DNA of 64,000 bases, from positions 1,728,001-1,792,000 of the forward strand of contig CAVUDP010000002.1 in the NCBI GenBank assembly GCA_963740315.1, in the 5' to 3' direction. Source of the DNA: an uncultured cyanobacterium (GTDB lineage Bacteria > Cyanobacteriota > Cyanobacteriia > Cyanobacteriales > Nostocaceae). Positions 1 through 9,142 of the stretch are shown here, in pieces. Each line of letters opens with the position of its first letter. The first letter of the stretch is position 1. The notes beneath the pieces were generated by a model that saw nothing but the letters and a program-made list of their open reading frames with translations, searched no databases and had not been told where the DNA came from. The position numbers and the translations under genes were made by a program.

Positions 1-2291
1 TTCAATCCCGTTGCCGGGATTCGTTTCAAATCAAGCAACTTGAGGAATTCAATAAAGGTGTAGAAGATTTAGGTTTCAATCCCGTTGCCGGGATTCGTTT
101 CAAATCAAGTTGAAGATACTTGTTAAATTCTCTCCATGTGTATCCAGTTTCAATCCCGTTGCCGGGATTCGTTTCAAATCAAGCAATGACGGATAGCGTC
201 CGCAACATTGCAGAATTGTTTCAATCCCGTTGCCGGGATTCGTTTCAAATCAAGTCTTGACGAATGGGCGGATACTCCCGTGTAGTGCGAGTTTCAATCC
301 CGTTGCCGGGATTCGTTTCAAATCAAGAATGTACTCAAATTTAAAATAAATATCACAGTTATCGTTTCAATCCCGTTGCCGGGATTCGTTTCAAATCAAG
401 ATTCAATATTTTTCTTTGCTTTATACTTATTATTAGTTTCAATCCCGTTGCCGGGATTCGTTTCAAATCAAGTAAATTAAAAAATTACGTTTAAGACTCT
501 TAACTGAAGTTTCAATCCCGTTGCCGGGATTCGTTTCAAATCAAGCAGACGGTCATATAATTTCATGTTGGTAGAGTTATCGTTTCAATCCCGTTGCCGG
601 GATTCGTTTCAAATCAAGTTTAAACGGGGGGATTGTCAAAACTACCACCCTTGAGTTTCAATCCCGTTGCCGGGATTCGTTTCAAATCAAGCTTTAAGTT
701 GATAATCTTTTAAAGGCATTATACAGGTTTCAATCCCGTTGCCGGGATTCGTTTCAAATCAAGAATTACTTATTGAAGGTAAAAAGGGGATACAAGAAGG
801 TTTCAATCCCGTTGCCGGGATTCGTTTCAAATCAAGAGGAAGTGCGCTAGATGAAGCTACTGATTATATAGGTGTTTCAATCCCGTTGCCGGGATTCGTT
901 TCAAATCAAGATGCGCTGCAAAAGTAAGTAGCGAGTTCTCTAGTTGTTTCAATCCCGTTGCCGGGATTCGTTTCAAATCAAGTAAATATATGTCTGCCGG
1001 ATATAAAGCGAAAAAAGGTTTCAATCCCGTTGCCGGGATTCGTTTCAAATCAAGGAGGAAGTTAAACGACTAGAAGTGAGACTTCAAGGAGTTTCAATCC
1101 CGTTGCCGGGATTCGTTTCAAATCAAGGAATTTCTACCAGGCACTTACTACAACAATGAAAGGTTTCAATCCCGTTGCCGGGATTCGTTTCAAATCAAGA
1201 CTCGAACAAGTCTTTACCCGTTCTAGTCTTAAATATGTTTCAATCCCGTTGCCGGGATTCGTTTCAAATCAAGTTGGAGCCACACCAAAAGCTTGGGAAT
1301 ATCAAGAAGGTTTCAATCCCGTTGCCGGGATTCGTTTCAAATCAAGTAAACGCAGCATTGAAAGGTAAGTTGCCAGATACAAGTTTCAATCCCGTTGCCG
1401 GGATTCGTTTCAAATCAAGAAACATCACCCTACACGGGACGTTAGTCCCATTCTCTAGTTTCAATCCCGTTGCCGGGATTCGTTTCAAATCAAGTTGCGA
1501 TCGCAACTTGGAAGAGTAACGGCTCAAGTCGTTTCAATCCCGTTGCCGGGATTCGTTTCAAATCAAGCATAAAACCAATGTTGCTCCGACTGCGATTTCA
1601 GGGTTTCAATCCCGTTGCCGGGATTCGTTTCAAATCAAGTATGAATATTCAGGCTTCTTGAATCCTCCTGAATGTTTCAATCCCGTTGCCGGGATTCGTT
1701 TCAAATCAAGGTTAATGAGATGAAAAACAGGTCTACCCAATGAACGTTTCAATCCCGTTGCCGGGATTCGTTTCAAATCAAGTTCTTAGTATAGGATGAA
1801 AGAAGACAAAAGCCAACTAGTTTCAATCCCGTTGCCGGGATTCGTTTCAAATCAAGCCGGGAGTCTCAACTTGTAGGAAGAAAGGTAAACTAGTTTCAAT
1901 CCCGTTGCCGGGATTCGTTTCAAATCAAGTATTCAAAAAACTTTTGGTTCAGCTATCAATGAATGTTTCAATCCCGTTGCCGGGATTCGTTTCAAATCAA
2001 GCTGATGGTTCCTTGTCTTTTGTCGAGGGCTACAGAGTTTCAATCCCGTTGCCGGGATTCGTTTCAAATCAAGTTAGCTGTACCTGTTGCTCCCCCCCTC
2101 AAAGTTGTTGTTTCAATCCCGTTGCCGGGATTCGTTTCAAATCAAGAATCATCCAGGTCAGCTTGCATTGACTCGTTGATTGTTTCAATCCCGTTGCCGG
2201 GATTCGTTTCAAATCAAGTAGGGCTGTTATGCACGCGGCAAGCGGTCAAAAAGAGTTTCAATCCCGTTGCCGGGATTCGTTTCAAATCAAG
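1..2291 (-). CRISPR. CRISPR array, 32 repeats (first clipped by the window edge) and 31 spacers; repeat GTTTCAATCCCGTTGCCGGGATTCGTTTCAAATCAAG (37 bp)
   Basis: Identical 37-bp repeats starting at 73, 147, 218 ... 2182, 2255 with unique ~34-38 bp spacers. Internal hairpin AATCCCG-ttgc-CGGGATT. The minus strand ends in ATTGAAAC, typical of cyanobacterial I-D/III repeats. Confidence 0.98.
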
Positions 2292-2495
2292 TCCGCCTCC
2301 TGAAACCCTTACAGAGCAAAGATTCCACAACGGGTTTTGGCAAACCTCAAAAATGACCTGATTTCAGCCTCGCTTATTGAAATAAATTCTTATTTATCTC
2401 AAAACTTCAAACGCTGTAACTATTAATTTGTCTTGGTTCTGGCGATTTTGGCATAACCCCCCTGGTTTTGACTCCCGCTTCGGTCTGCCAAATAT
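2292..2495 (-). promoter_or_regulatory. Probable CRISPR leader
   Basis: Non-coding stretch abutting the last, perfect repeat, with recurring TTGGCA/TGCCAA motifs as in cyanobacterial leaders. Consistent with minus-strand transcription. Confidence 0.65.
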
Positions 2496-2602
2496 TAAGC
2501 TGATAAAATAACTATAGAATAATAACTTCTCGCTGTCGAGGTTTTTCTAATTGAATCAAATAACCCCCACTTCTGGGGGCATAACTAAATTATCACTTTT
2601 TC

Positions 2603-2824
2603 TTACTGCATTTCTGGTTCTGCAAGTGCCTCGAAATGAAAAGCAAGATTGTTAAGAGACATTTCAATTTCGTTACTGTAAGAAAGTCTTCTCCACATTC
2701 GAGTCGTGGCATTATCTAAGGCAGTTGTATCTAAATATCGCGCAAAAATCATTAGCCTTTGCGAATCAGTTTCGGCTAATGCCAAACTTTCTAAAAATTC
2801 TTGAGGTGTCATATCCAACTCCAT
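2603..2824 (-). CDS. Small hypothetical protein
   Basis: 73-aa ORF with protein-like composition; CCCCCA-cttc-TGGGGG hairpin downstream near 2564-2579. Confidence 0.6.
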   Translation of the reverse strand: MELDMTPQEFLESLALAETDSQRLMIFARYLDTTALDNATTRMWRRLSYSNEIEMSLNNLAFHFEALAEPEMQ

Positions 2825-3324
2825 TCATGTTCGCTTTTCTAGCTCTTATATTTTTGCCATACTTAAATTTAAATTTCTGATACTAACTTACCCAGATTGC
2901 CTATAAATTATCGTTTTGTTTAGCCGATCGCACTGCTTCTGATTAGCGATCGCTAAGAATCATTTTTAATAGCAACATCAACAACTGTCAATATATATCT
3001 TTATCTATTTCTTTCAGTAATAAATATACAAGCACCCATCCTAAGAAGATTGGAAATACAACTATTAAAGTACGTGGATCGGAAAATATAATTTCCATAA
3101 TTAATATATAAGGTTAAATAGGCTTGCCCCTACAAATTACTATACTTTTAAGCGAGGAATTACGGTTACTTTATCTTCCTCCAATTCGGCGTATACTTTT
3201 GAGATGTGTAGCTGTGGCGGCGATGTAGCGGGTGGTAACGCAGGCGATCGCTACTCTTAACAATGATATAGGCATCCCATTACTATATTATACATACGTA
3301 CCATTAATTCAAAAGCGGTAATAG

Positions 3325-4113
3325 ATGAAAACAGATACCATCTTTTATACTCTGCTGCAAAATCTCCCCAGCGTATTATTTGAATTGCTGCAACAGTCTC
3401 CTACCCAAGAAAAACATTATGAATTTTCCTCTGTAGAAATAAAAGAACTTGCACGACGGATTGATGGTTTATTTTTACCCAAACTCGAATACCCACAAGA
3501 TCCAATTTATTTTGTAGAAGTACAATATCAGCGCGATGATGATTTATACTGGCGATTAATTACCGAAGCATTCGTTTATTTAAATCAATATAGACCGGAA
3601 AAACGTTGGCAAGCAGTAGTTTTATGGGCAAAACGCAGTCTCGATCCAGGTATCCCAATTGCGTATCAAACATCACTATCCGAGGGGCAAATTCAAGTAA
3701 TATATCTGGATGAATTAGCCGATACTTCTTCCTCAATCGGGTTAAGAATTATTGGTTTGGTAGTTGCTCCGGAAGACGAAGCAGTAGAAGTCGCAAGAAG
3801 TTTAGTAAATCAAGTTCGACAAGCAGATGTCACAAACCGCAATCGGCTTTTAGAATTAGTAGAAAGGATGTTGATTTATAAATTCTCAAATCAAACTAGA
3901 CAGGAGTTAGAAGCGATGTTTGGATTAACCGAATGGCAGCAAACTAGATTTTATCAGGAAGTTGAGCAAGAGGTTGAACAAAGAACAAAACTTAAAACAG
4001 TCCCTCGGATGTTAAAAATGGGCTTGAGTGTAGAACAAATCGCTGAAGCTCTTGAATTAAAAGTTGAAGTGGTTAGACAAGCTATTGAAAACCAAAGTGG
4101 GCAGGAATCCTAA
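3325..4113 (+). CDS. Rpn family recombination-promoting nuclease/putative transposase (DUF2887-like)
   Basis: MKTDTIFY start, 'SVEIKELARRIDGLF' and 'YFVEVQYQ' PD-(D/E)xK-like motifs, C-terminal 'GLSVEQIAEAL' helix-turn-helix tail. Confidence 0.9.
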   Translation: MKTDTIFYTLLQNLPSVLFELLQQSPTQEKHYEFSSVEIKELARRIDGLFLPKLEYPQDPIYFVEVQYQRDDDLYWRLITEAFVYLNQYRPEKRWQAVVLWAKRSLDPGIPIAYQTSLSEGQIQVIYLDELADTSSSIGLRIIGLVVAPEDEAVEVARSLVNQVRQADVTNRNRLLELVERMLIYKFSNQTRQELEAMFGLTEWQQTRFYQEVEQEVEQRTKLKTVPRMLKMGLSVEQIAEALELKVEVVRQAIENQSGQES

Positions 4114-4118
4114 TTGCT

Positions 4119-4340
4119 ATGTTTGGATTAAAAGAGTGGAAGCAAACTAAATTTTACCAGCAAGTTAGAGAAGAAGGGAAGCTTGAAGTTAAGCAAAAAG
4201 TTCAACAAGAAACAAAGCTTGAAATAGCCGTTCGCTTGTTAAGTATGGGTTTTAGTATAGAACAAATTGCTCAAGCACTTGAATTAAAAATTGAAGTGAT
4301 TAGACAAGCTATTGAAAACCAAAGTGGTGAAGATTCTTAG
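4119..4340 (+). CDS. Stand-alone paralog of the Rpn C-terminal module (RpnS-like)
   Basis: 73 aa collinear with the last 65 aa of the upstream Rpn (MFGLxEWxQTxFYQ...EQIAxALELKxEVxRQAIENQSGxxS); own ATG 5 nt after the Rpn stop. Confidence 0.75.
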   Translation: MFGLKEWKQTKFYQQVREEGKLEVKQKVQQETKLEIAVRLLSMGFSIEQIAQALELKIEVIRQAIENQSGEDS

Positions 4341-4458
4341 AGGATGCGCGGGAAAGTTATAAATAAAACTTACAGATTTTAAGATCCTCCATTATCCGCT
4401 TTTTAAGGGAGACTTAAAACCCCCCTTTTCTAAGGGGGGAAGGGGGGATAATCCGAGA
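4340..4458. mobile_element. Truncated MITE copy, same family as 6593-6744, opposite orientation
   Basis: Begins TTA|GAGGATGCGCGGGAAAGTTATAAATAAAA, the reverse complement of the right end of 6593-6744; shares the poly-C/poly-G hairpins. Confidence 0.75.
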
Positions 4459-4608
4459 ATGCCTTAAAAACATATTTAAACAGTACCATTTTCCGCTAAA
4501 CCATCAGCATATAGTTGTTGCTGGGATTTCACATTCGATCGCTTTTAGACTATAAGTACTTTCCGCTAATCATAAAACGCGATCGGTATCAACTATTTTC
4601 TCCTAAAA

Positions 4609-4640
4609 TGATAATCGTTATCATATAATAATCATTATTA
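4609..4640 (+). promoter_or_regulatory. Two tandem Zur/Fur-type boxes
   Basis: TGATAATCGTTATCA (4609-4623) and TAATAATCATTATTA (4626-4640) resemble the cyanobacterial Zur 7-1-7 box TGATAATNATTATCA; they lie just before the AGGAGG RBS of a metal ABC ATPase. Confidence 0.75.
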
Positions 4641-4654
4641 TACAGGAGGGATTA

Positions 4655-5389
4655 GTGTTAGAAGTAGAGCGTTTGGACGTAAACTATCGGGGTATAGCGG
4701 CTCTTGAGGATGTCAGCTTTCGTGCTTTCCCCGGAGAAATGATTGGTGTAATCGGTCCAAATGGGGCTGGTAAAAGTACTTTGGTGAAAGCAATATTAGG
4801 TTTAATTCCAGTTGCAAATGGAACTATTAAATTTTGTAACTGTTCTATCAAAAAGCAATTAAGTTCGATCGCTTACGTACCGCAAAGAACCCAAGTAGAC
4901 TGGGATTATCCGATCGCGGTGCAGAATGTGGTGATGATGGCGCGTACCGCACATACGGGCTGGTTTCGCCAACCAAGTAGTAAATCGAAGCAAATAGTTA
5001 AATCTGCGTTGGATAGAGTTGGGATGTGGGAATTTCGTTCTCGTCAAATTGGCGAACTATCCGGGGGACAGCAGCAGCGAGTATTTTTAGCTAGAGCGTT
5101 GGCACAGCAAGCGGATTTATTTTTCTTTGATGAGCCATTTGTTGGTATTGATAAACGTACCGAAGATATAATGTTTGATGTTTTTAATGAGTTGAGAAGG
5201 GATGGCAAAATATTGATTTTAATTACTCACGATTTGGGTGAAACTTTAGCTAAATGTGACAATTTATTGTTGTTAAATAAACATATTATCGCTGATGGTT
5301 CTATGAAAGAAGTTGTTACAAGCGAAAATTTGCAGCGTGCATATGGAAATAATGTTTTATTTTTTAATAGAGAAGCAAAATCAGCTTAG
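4655..5389 (+). CDS. Zn/Mn ABC transporter ATP-binding protein (ZnuC/MntA-like)
   Basis: GPNGAGKST Walker A, YVPQ, LSGGQQQRVFLARAL signature, DEPF Walker B. Confidence 0.93.
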   Translation: MLEVERLDVNYRGIAALEDVSFRAFPGEMIGVIGPNGAGKSTLVKAILGLIPVANGTIKFCNCSIKKQLSSIAYVPQRTQVDWDYPIAVQNVVMMARTAHTGWFRQPSSKSKQIVKSALDRVGMWEFRSRQIGELSGGQQQRVFLARALAQQADLFFFDEPFVGIDKRTEDIMFDVFNELRRDGKILILITHDLGETLAKCDNLLLLNKHIIADGSMKEVVTSENLQRAYGNNVLFFNREAKSA

Positions 5390-5486
5390 TCAGTGAGCAG
5401 TGAGCAGTTAGCAGTGAACAGTGAGCAGTTAGCAGTTAGCAGTTAGCAGTTAGCAGTTAGCAGTTACCTATTACCTATTATTTATA

Positions 5487-6374
5487 ATGTTTAATTTGTT
5501 GTTGGAGCCGCTTAGTTTTGGGTTTATGCGAGATGCGCTGGTAATTGCTACTTTACTGGGGATTCTTTGCTCGGTTGTGGGTTCTTATTTGATAGTACAG
5601 CGTCAGGGAATTCTTGGTGATGTGATTGCTCATGCTGTTTTACCGGGTATTGCGATCGCGCTTTTTCTGGGTGTGGATATTTTACTGGGTGCGTTTATCT
5701 CGGGGACTTTTAGCACTTTTGTAATTGCTTGGATAGAATCGCAGTCTCGCGTTAAAGTTGATGCGGCGATGGCTTTGGTTTTTTCGGGTTTTTTAGCATT
5801 GGGAATTATGTTAATTAGCGTGTTGAAAAGTAAAGTTGATTTGCATCACTTCTTATTTGGCGATATTTTAGGAGTAACAACAGAAGACGTTTGGCGGACT
5901 TTAATAATTACAGTTATTACTTTATTTTTAGTTAAAATTTGTTATAAAGAATTGCTATTTTACACTTTTGACCCATTAGGAGCAGAAGCGAGCGGGCTAC
6001 CAGTAAATAGAATCAAATTTGGTTTAACCGCAGCAGTTACATTAACAATTATTGCCAGCATGCAAGCCGTGGGAGTGGTGTTAGTAATTTCTTTGTTAAT
6101 TGGTCCTGGAATAACGGCTTATTTGTTAGTTAAGGAATTACATCAAATGATGTTTGTAGGTTCGATAATAGGTATTATTGGTAGCATTGGCGGTTTATAT
6201 ATTAGCTATTATCAAAACGTGCCTTCGGGAGCATCAATTGTATTATTTATTTGCGCGTTATTTTTATTAGCTTTATTATTTAGTCCAACTCAGGGTATAT
6301 TAACTCGTCGGAGTGGAAGAAAGAAAAATCGTTCTGAAATTTTGCAGGGAGTTGCAGAGGTGAAGCGGAGGTGA
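5487..6374 (+). CDS. Zn/Mn ABC transporter permease (ABC-3 family)
   Basis: Polytopic membrane protein with 'GDVIAHAVLPG' and 'HFLFGDILG' motifs. Confidence 0.93.
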   Translation: MFNLLLEPLSFGFMRDALVIATLLGILCSVVGSYLIVQRQGILGDVIAHAVLPGIAIALFLGVDILLGAFISGTFSTFVIAWIESQSRVKVDAAMALVFSGFLALGIMLISVLKSKVDLHHFLFGDILGVTTEDVWRTLIITVITLFLVKICYKELLFYTFDPLGAEASGLPVNRIKFGLTAAVTLTIIASMQAVGVVLVISLLIGPGITAYLLVKELHQMMFVGSIIGIIGSIGGLYISYYQNVPSGASIVLFICALFLLALLFSPTQGILTRRSGRKKNRSEILQGVAEVKRR

Positions 6375-6414
6375 TTTAAGAAATTGTGTTAATTTACAAT
6401 TATTTGTTGTCAAT

Positions 6415-6788
6415 GCCTTGGAATAAATTCCCAGGAACCAATAAACGAAGTCCGTTGAAAACGGACTGAAATCCTTTCCATTTGTATCGAAATTATTTAA
6501 ACGTTCTCTAAGCTCCTCTTCCTCAGCGCTCTTTGTGTTCTAGTAAGGTTTTTTTCATTCTGATGCAAACAAAATATCCCCAGTCGTCTTAAGAGGATGT
6601 TTGAAAAGTATAGTTTTTATCCTAAGTCTCGGATTATCCCCCCTTCCCCCCCTTGAAAAGGGGGGTTAAAGTCCCCCTTCTTAAGGGGGATTTAGGGGGA
6701 TCTAAAGATTTGTGGTTTTATTTATAACTTTCCCGCGCATCCTCTAAGACGACTTTGTATACTCGCGGGGGGAATTTATTCCAAGGCG
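6415..6788. repeat. REP-like inverted doublet (REPIN-like), interrupted by a MITE
   Basis: Left arm GCCTTGGAATAAATTCCCAGG..AGTCCGTTGAAAACGGACT; right arm AGTCGTCTTAA[MITE]GACGACT..GGGAATTTATTCCAAGGC; relatives at 8510-8832 and 10476-10598. Confidence 0.75.
6593..6744. mobile_element. 152-bp MITE with GAGGATG...CATCCTC ends and TAA target duplication (IS5/IS1031-like ends)
   Basis: Flanks gtcgtctTAA[...]TAAgacgac; the empty site gtcgtcttaagacgac is present at ~8782-8797. Confidence 0.85.
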
Positions 6789-6809
6789 GGTGATGATTTA
6801 GTTTCAATA

Positions 6810-7229
6810 TTAATTTTTATTTTCGGGTTCGGTATATTCGCAGAAAATCTTCAATCCCACCTTGAGAAGATATAAAACAACAACTGTAGAAATAGCTGGA
6901 TCTAAAGGTATACCAGATAAACTTGTAATAGAAACAATTAACCCGGTAAGTAATGGAGCGCTAGCGGGGTTTTTAGTATATTCTTTAAATTGAGCCTGGA
7001 AACCTTCATCACCGCAAAGTTCTTGGCGTAGTACAGTTAAAGTAGATTGCCAAAGGGATTTTTTATCGTAAGTATCCGTACCGAATTTTTCAGCCCAAAG
7101 TTTGTCAAAAGTAGTATTAAAATAACCGTTATTTTGTTCTAGGGTAGCTAATGCTTTTTGTGCGGGTTGGTAATCTTTAAGAAGTTGCTGTTTTTGATTT
7201 ATTTCGGTTGATTCGAGTTGGGTATTCAT
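6810..7229 (-). CDS. Hypothetical protein with C-terminal hydrophobic hairpin
   Basis: 139-aa ORF 6 nt after the PIN gene; two hydrophobic segments near the C-terminus. Confidence 0.75.
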   Translation of the reverse strand: MNTQLESTEINQKQQLLKDYQPAQKALATLEQNNGYFNTTFDKLWAEKFGTDTYDKKSLWQSTLTVLRQELCGDEGFQAQFKEYTKNPASAPLLTGLIVSITSLSGIPLDPAISTVVVLYLLKVGLKIFCEYTEPENKN

Positions 7230-7235
7230 ATAGAT

Positions 7236-7652
7236 TTACGGAGATGTTAACTCTTGAATTAATTGTTCGGGTGTTAAAATTCGTGGAGTTGTAACCGGGA
7301 AGTCTTTTTGATTGCGAGTAACAATAACGTCTAAATTGTTAAGTACCGCAGCACCGTACACAATTGCATCTTCAAAATCCTTGAAATTGGTAGCAAGTGC
7401 CATTGAAATTGTAGCTTGATTTACCGTAGCGACTTGGCAGAAAGTTGCTATTCCTTGTAAAAATTGTATAGTCCAAGTATGACCTTTATATTTGCGAATA
7501 ATGTAATATAAATCGCTAAAGGTTGATGCACTAATATATCCTTCAATTCGTTGCTGTTCGACAAAACGTAATACTTGTTCGCTAGCTGCGAAAAAAGGGT
7601 CCCTATCAAGTGCTACATCCACAACAATATTGGTGTCTATTAATACCTTCAC
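7236..7652 (-). CDS. PIN domain protein (VapC-like toxin)
   Basis: 'VLIDTNIVVD', 'DFEDAI' and 'IVTRNQKDF' acidic PIN motifs. Confidence 0.9.
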   Translation of the reverse strand: MKVLIDTNIVVDVALDRDPFFAASEQVLRFVEQQRIEGYISASTFSDLYYIIRKYKGHTWTIQFLQGIATFCQVATVNQATISMALATNFKDFEDAIVYGAAVLNNLDVIVTRNQKDFPVTTPRILTPEQLIQELTSP

Positions 7653-7936
7653 AAATTATGTTTCTCCTTTAAAGCTTCCCATCTCGCCTCATCTGGATCA
7701 AAATCTGGTGATGTAGGTGGCGCATTTTCCAGCAAGTGTTTCAGGGCTTGAATTTTGTATTCCCGCTTTTTAGGTGTTTCTACTTGTGATTCTGTGGCGG
7801 TTTCTGTAGAGTTATTCACTTCATTAGCTACCTGTAAAATAATTACTTCCACATTTCCGGGTGGTATTTGAATAGATTCTTCAACTATTAAATTACCTGT
7901 CGCGTCAATTTTACCTTTGGCTTTGTAAGCTTGCAT
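7649..7936 (-). CDS. Putative antitoxin partner of the PIN protein
   Basis: 95 aa, 4-nt GTGA overlap with the PIN start; beta-rich N-terminus and '...ALKEKH' tail as in cyanobacterial PIN partners. Confidence 0.7.
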   Translation of the reverse strand: MQAYKAKGKIDATGNLIVEESIQIPPGNVEVIILQVANEVNNSTETATESQVETPKKREYKIQALKHLLENAPPTSPDFDPDEARWEALKEKHNL

Positions 7937-7986
7937 ATTATGGTTCCTTTTTATTTCTAGGATATTTAGAAGAATGTAATTTCACA

Positions 7987-8409
7987 TTACTCCTTATCAT
8001 TATATTTTTCTAGAGTGGCGATCGCCGTTCCTTGGGAATGATGATTTTTTTGATTTTTTACATAACTAACTGCTTGTTCTAACTGTTTGCTACCCAAAGA
8101 TAATAAACCATATCCACGCTGCCAGCTAAAAGAAATTGAATTTGCAGATAATCTACTGTTTTTATTTAAGAAATGTGCGCTACTACCTTTAATATTTTTG
8201 ACAAAATCAGCAATAGATAAACTTGGTGGAATAGAAGCGACTAAATGAATATGGTCTTCAACGCCACCAATAGCATGAATTATACAATTAAGACTATCGG
8301 ATTTATCAACAATATACTTATAAAGATCGGTTTCTCTTTCAGGTGTAATTAAAGGGTGACGTTCTTTGGTTGCCCAAATAAGGTGATAATAAGTGCGCCA
8401 AAAAGCCAT
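7987..8409 (-). CDS. tnpA: IS200/IS605-family Y1 HUH transposase (solo TnpA; possibly RAYT-like)
   Basis: 'YYHLIWATKER', HUH motif 'EDHIHL', 'KGSSA', 'WQRGY' and the catalytic Tyr helix 'YVKNQ'; no tnpB nearby. Confidence 0.92.
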   Translation of the reverse strand: MAFWRTYYHLIWATKERHPLITPERETDLYKYIVDKSDSLNCIIHAIGGVEDHIHLVASIPPSLSIADFVKNIKGSSAHFLNKNSRLSANSISFSWQRGYGLLSLGSKQLEQAVSYVKNQKNHHSQGTAIATLEKYNDKE

Positions 8410-8509
8410 GATGATTATATGAAAACTTGTGATTAAATTTTCTTGATTCTACTCGTTTGTTTCAAAATTGTCTCTTCCCCGCCTTAATTGGGAATTTCCG
8501 CAAATTTAC

Positions 8510-8832
8510 GCCTTGGAATAAATTCCCAGGCTCATAAACGAAGTCCGTTGAAAACGGACTGAATTCAAATCATCATTATCAACTAACGGAAAAATCCGGC
8601 TTCCTGCCCTTGGAATAAATTAAGCGGCTAATAAACCTGCTTCCGTTGAAAACGGACTGAATTCAAATTATCATTTAACGGAAAAACCCGTCGCCGCATC
8701 AATAAATTAAGCGGCTAATAAACCTGCTTCCGTTGAAAACGGACTGAATTCAAATTATCATCACCAAACAAAAAACCCCCAGTCGTCTTAAGACGACTTT
8801 GTATATGAGCCTGGGAATTTATTCCAAGGCGG
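8510..8832. repeat. REP-like cluster upstream of tnpA: three left arms and one right arm
   Basis: TCCGTTGAAAACGGACTGAATTCAAAT occurs three times (~8544, 8642, 8729), followed by AGTCGTCTTAAGACGACT..GCCTGGGAATTTATTCCAAGGC. Confidence 0.8.
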
Positions 8833-9115
8833 ATTACGGCTCAGATTTATTCCAAGGCGGATTACGGCTCAGATTTATTCCAAGGCGGATTACGGCTCAG
8901 ATTTATTCCAAGGCGGATTACGGCTCAGATTTATTCCAAGGCGGATTACGGCTCAGATTTATTCCAAGGCGGATTACGGCTCAGATTTATTCCAAGGCGG
9001 ATTACGGCTCAGATTTATTCCAAGGCGGATTACGGCTCAGATTTATTTCAAGGCGGATTACGGCTCAGATTTATTCCAAGGCGGATTGCGACACAGATTT
9101 ATTCCAAGGCGGATT
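8817..9115. repeat. 28-bp tandem repeat ATTTATTCCAAGGCGGATTACGGCTCAG, ~10.7 copies
   Basis: Units start at 8817, 8845 ... 9069, 9097; the first eight are identical. Confidence 0.97.
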
Positions 9116-9142
9116 TATGAGCAATTACACAATCAATCTCCC

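Noticed and set aside
739..2361. ORFs overlapping the CRISPR array
   Set aside because: They are translations of repeats and spacers.
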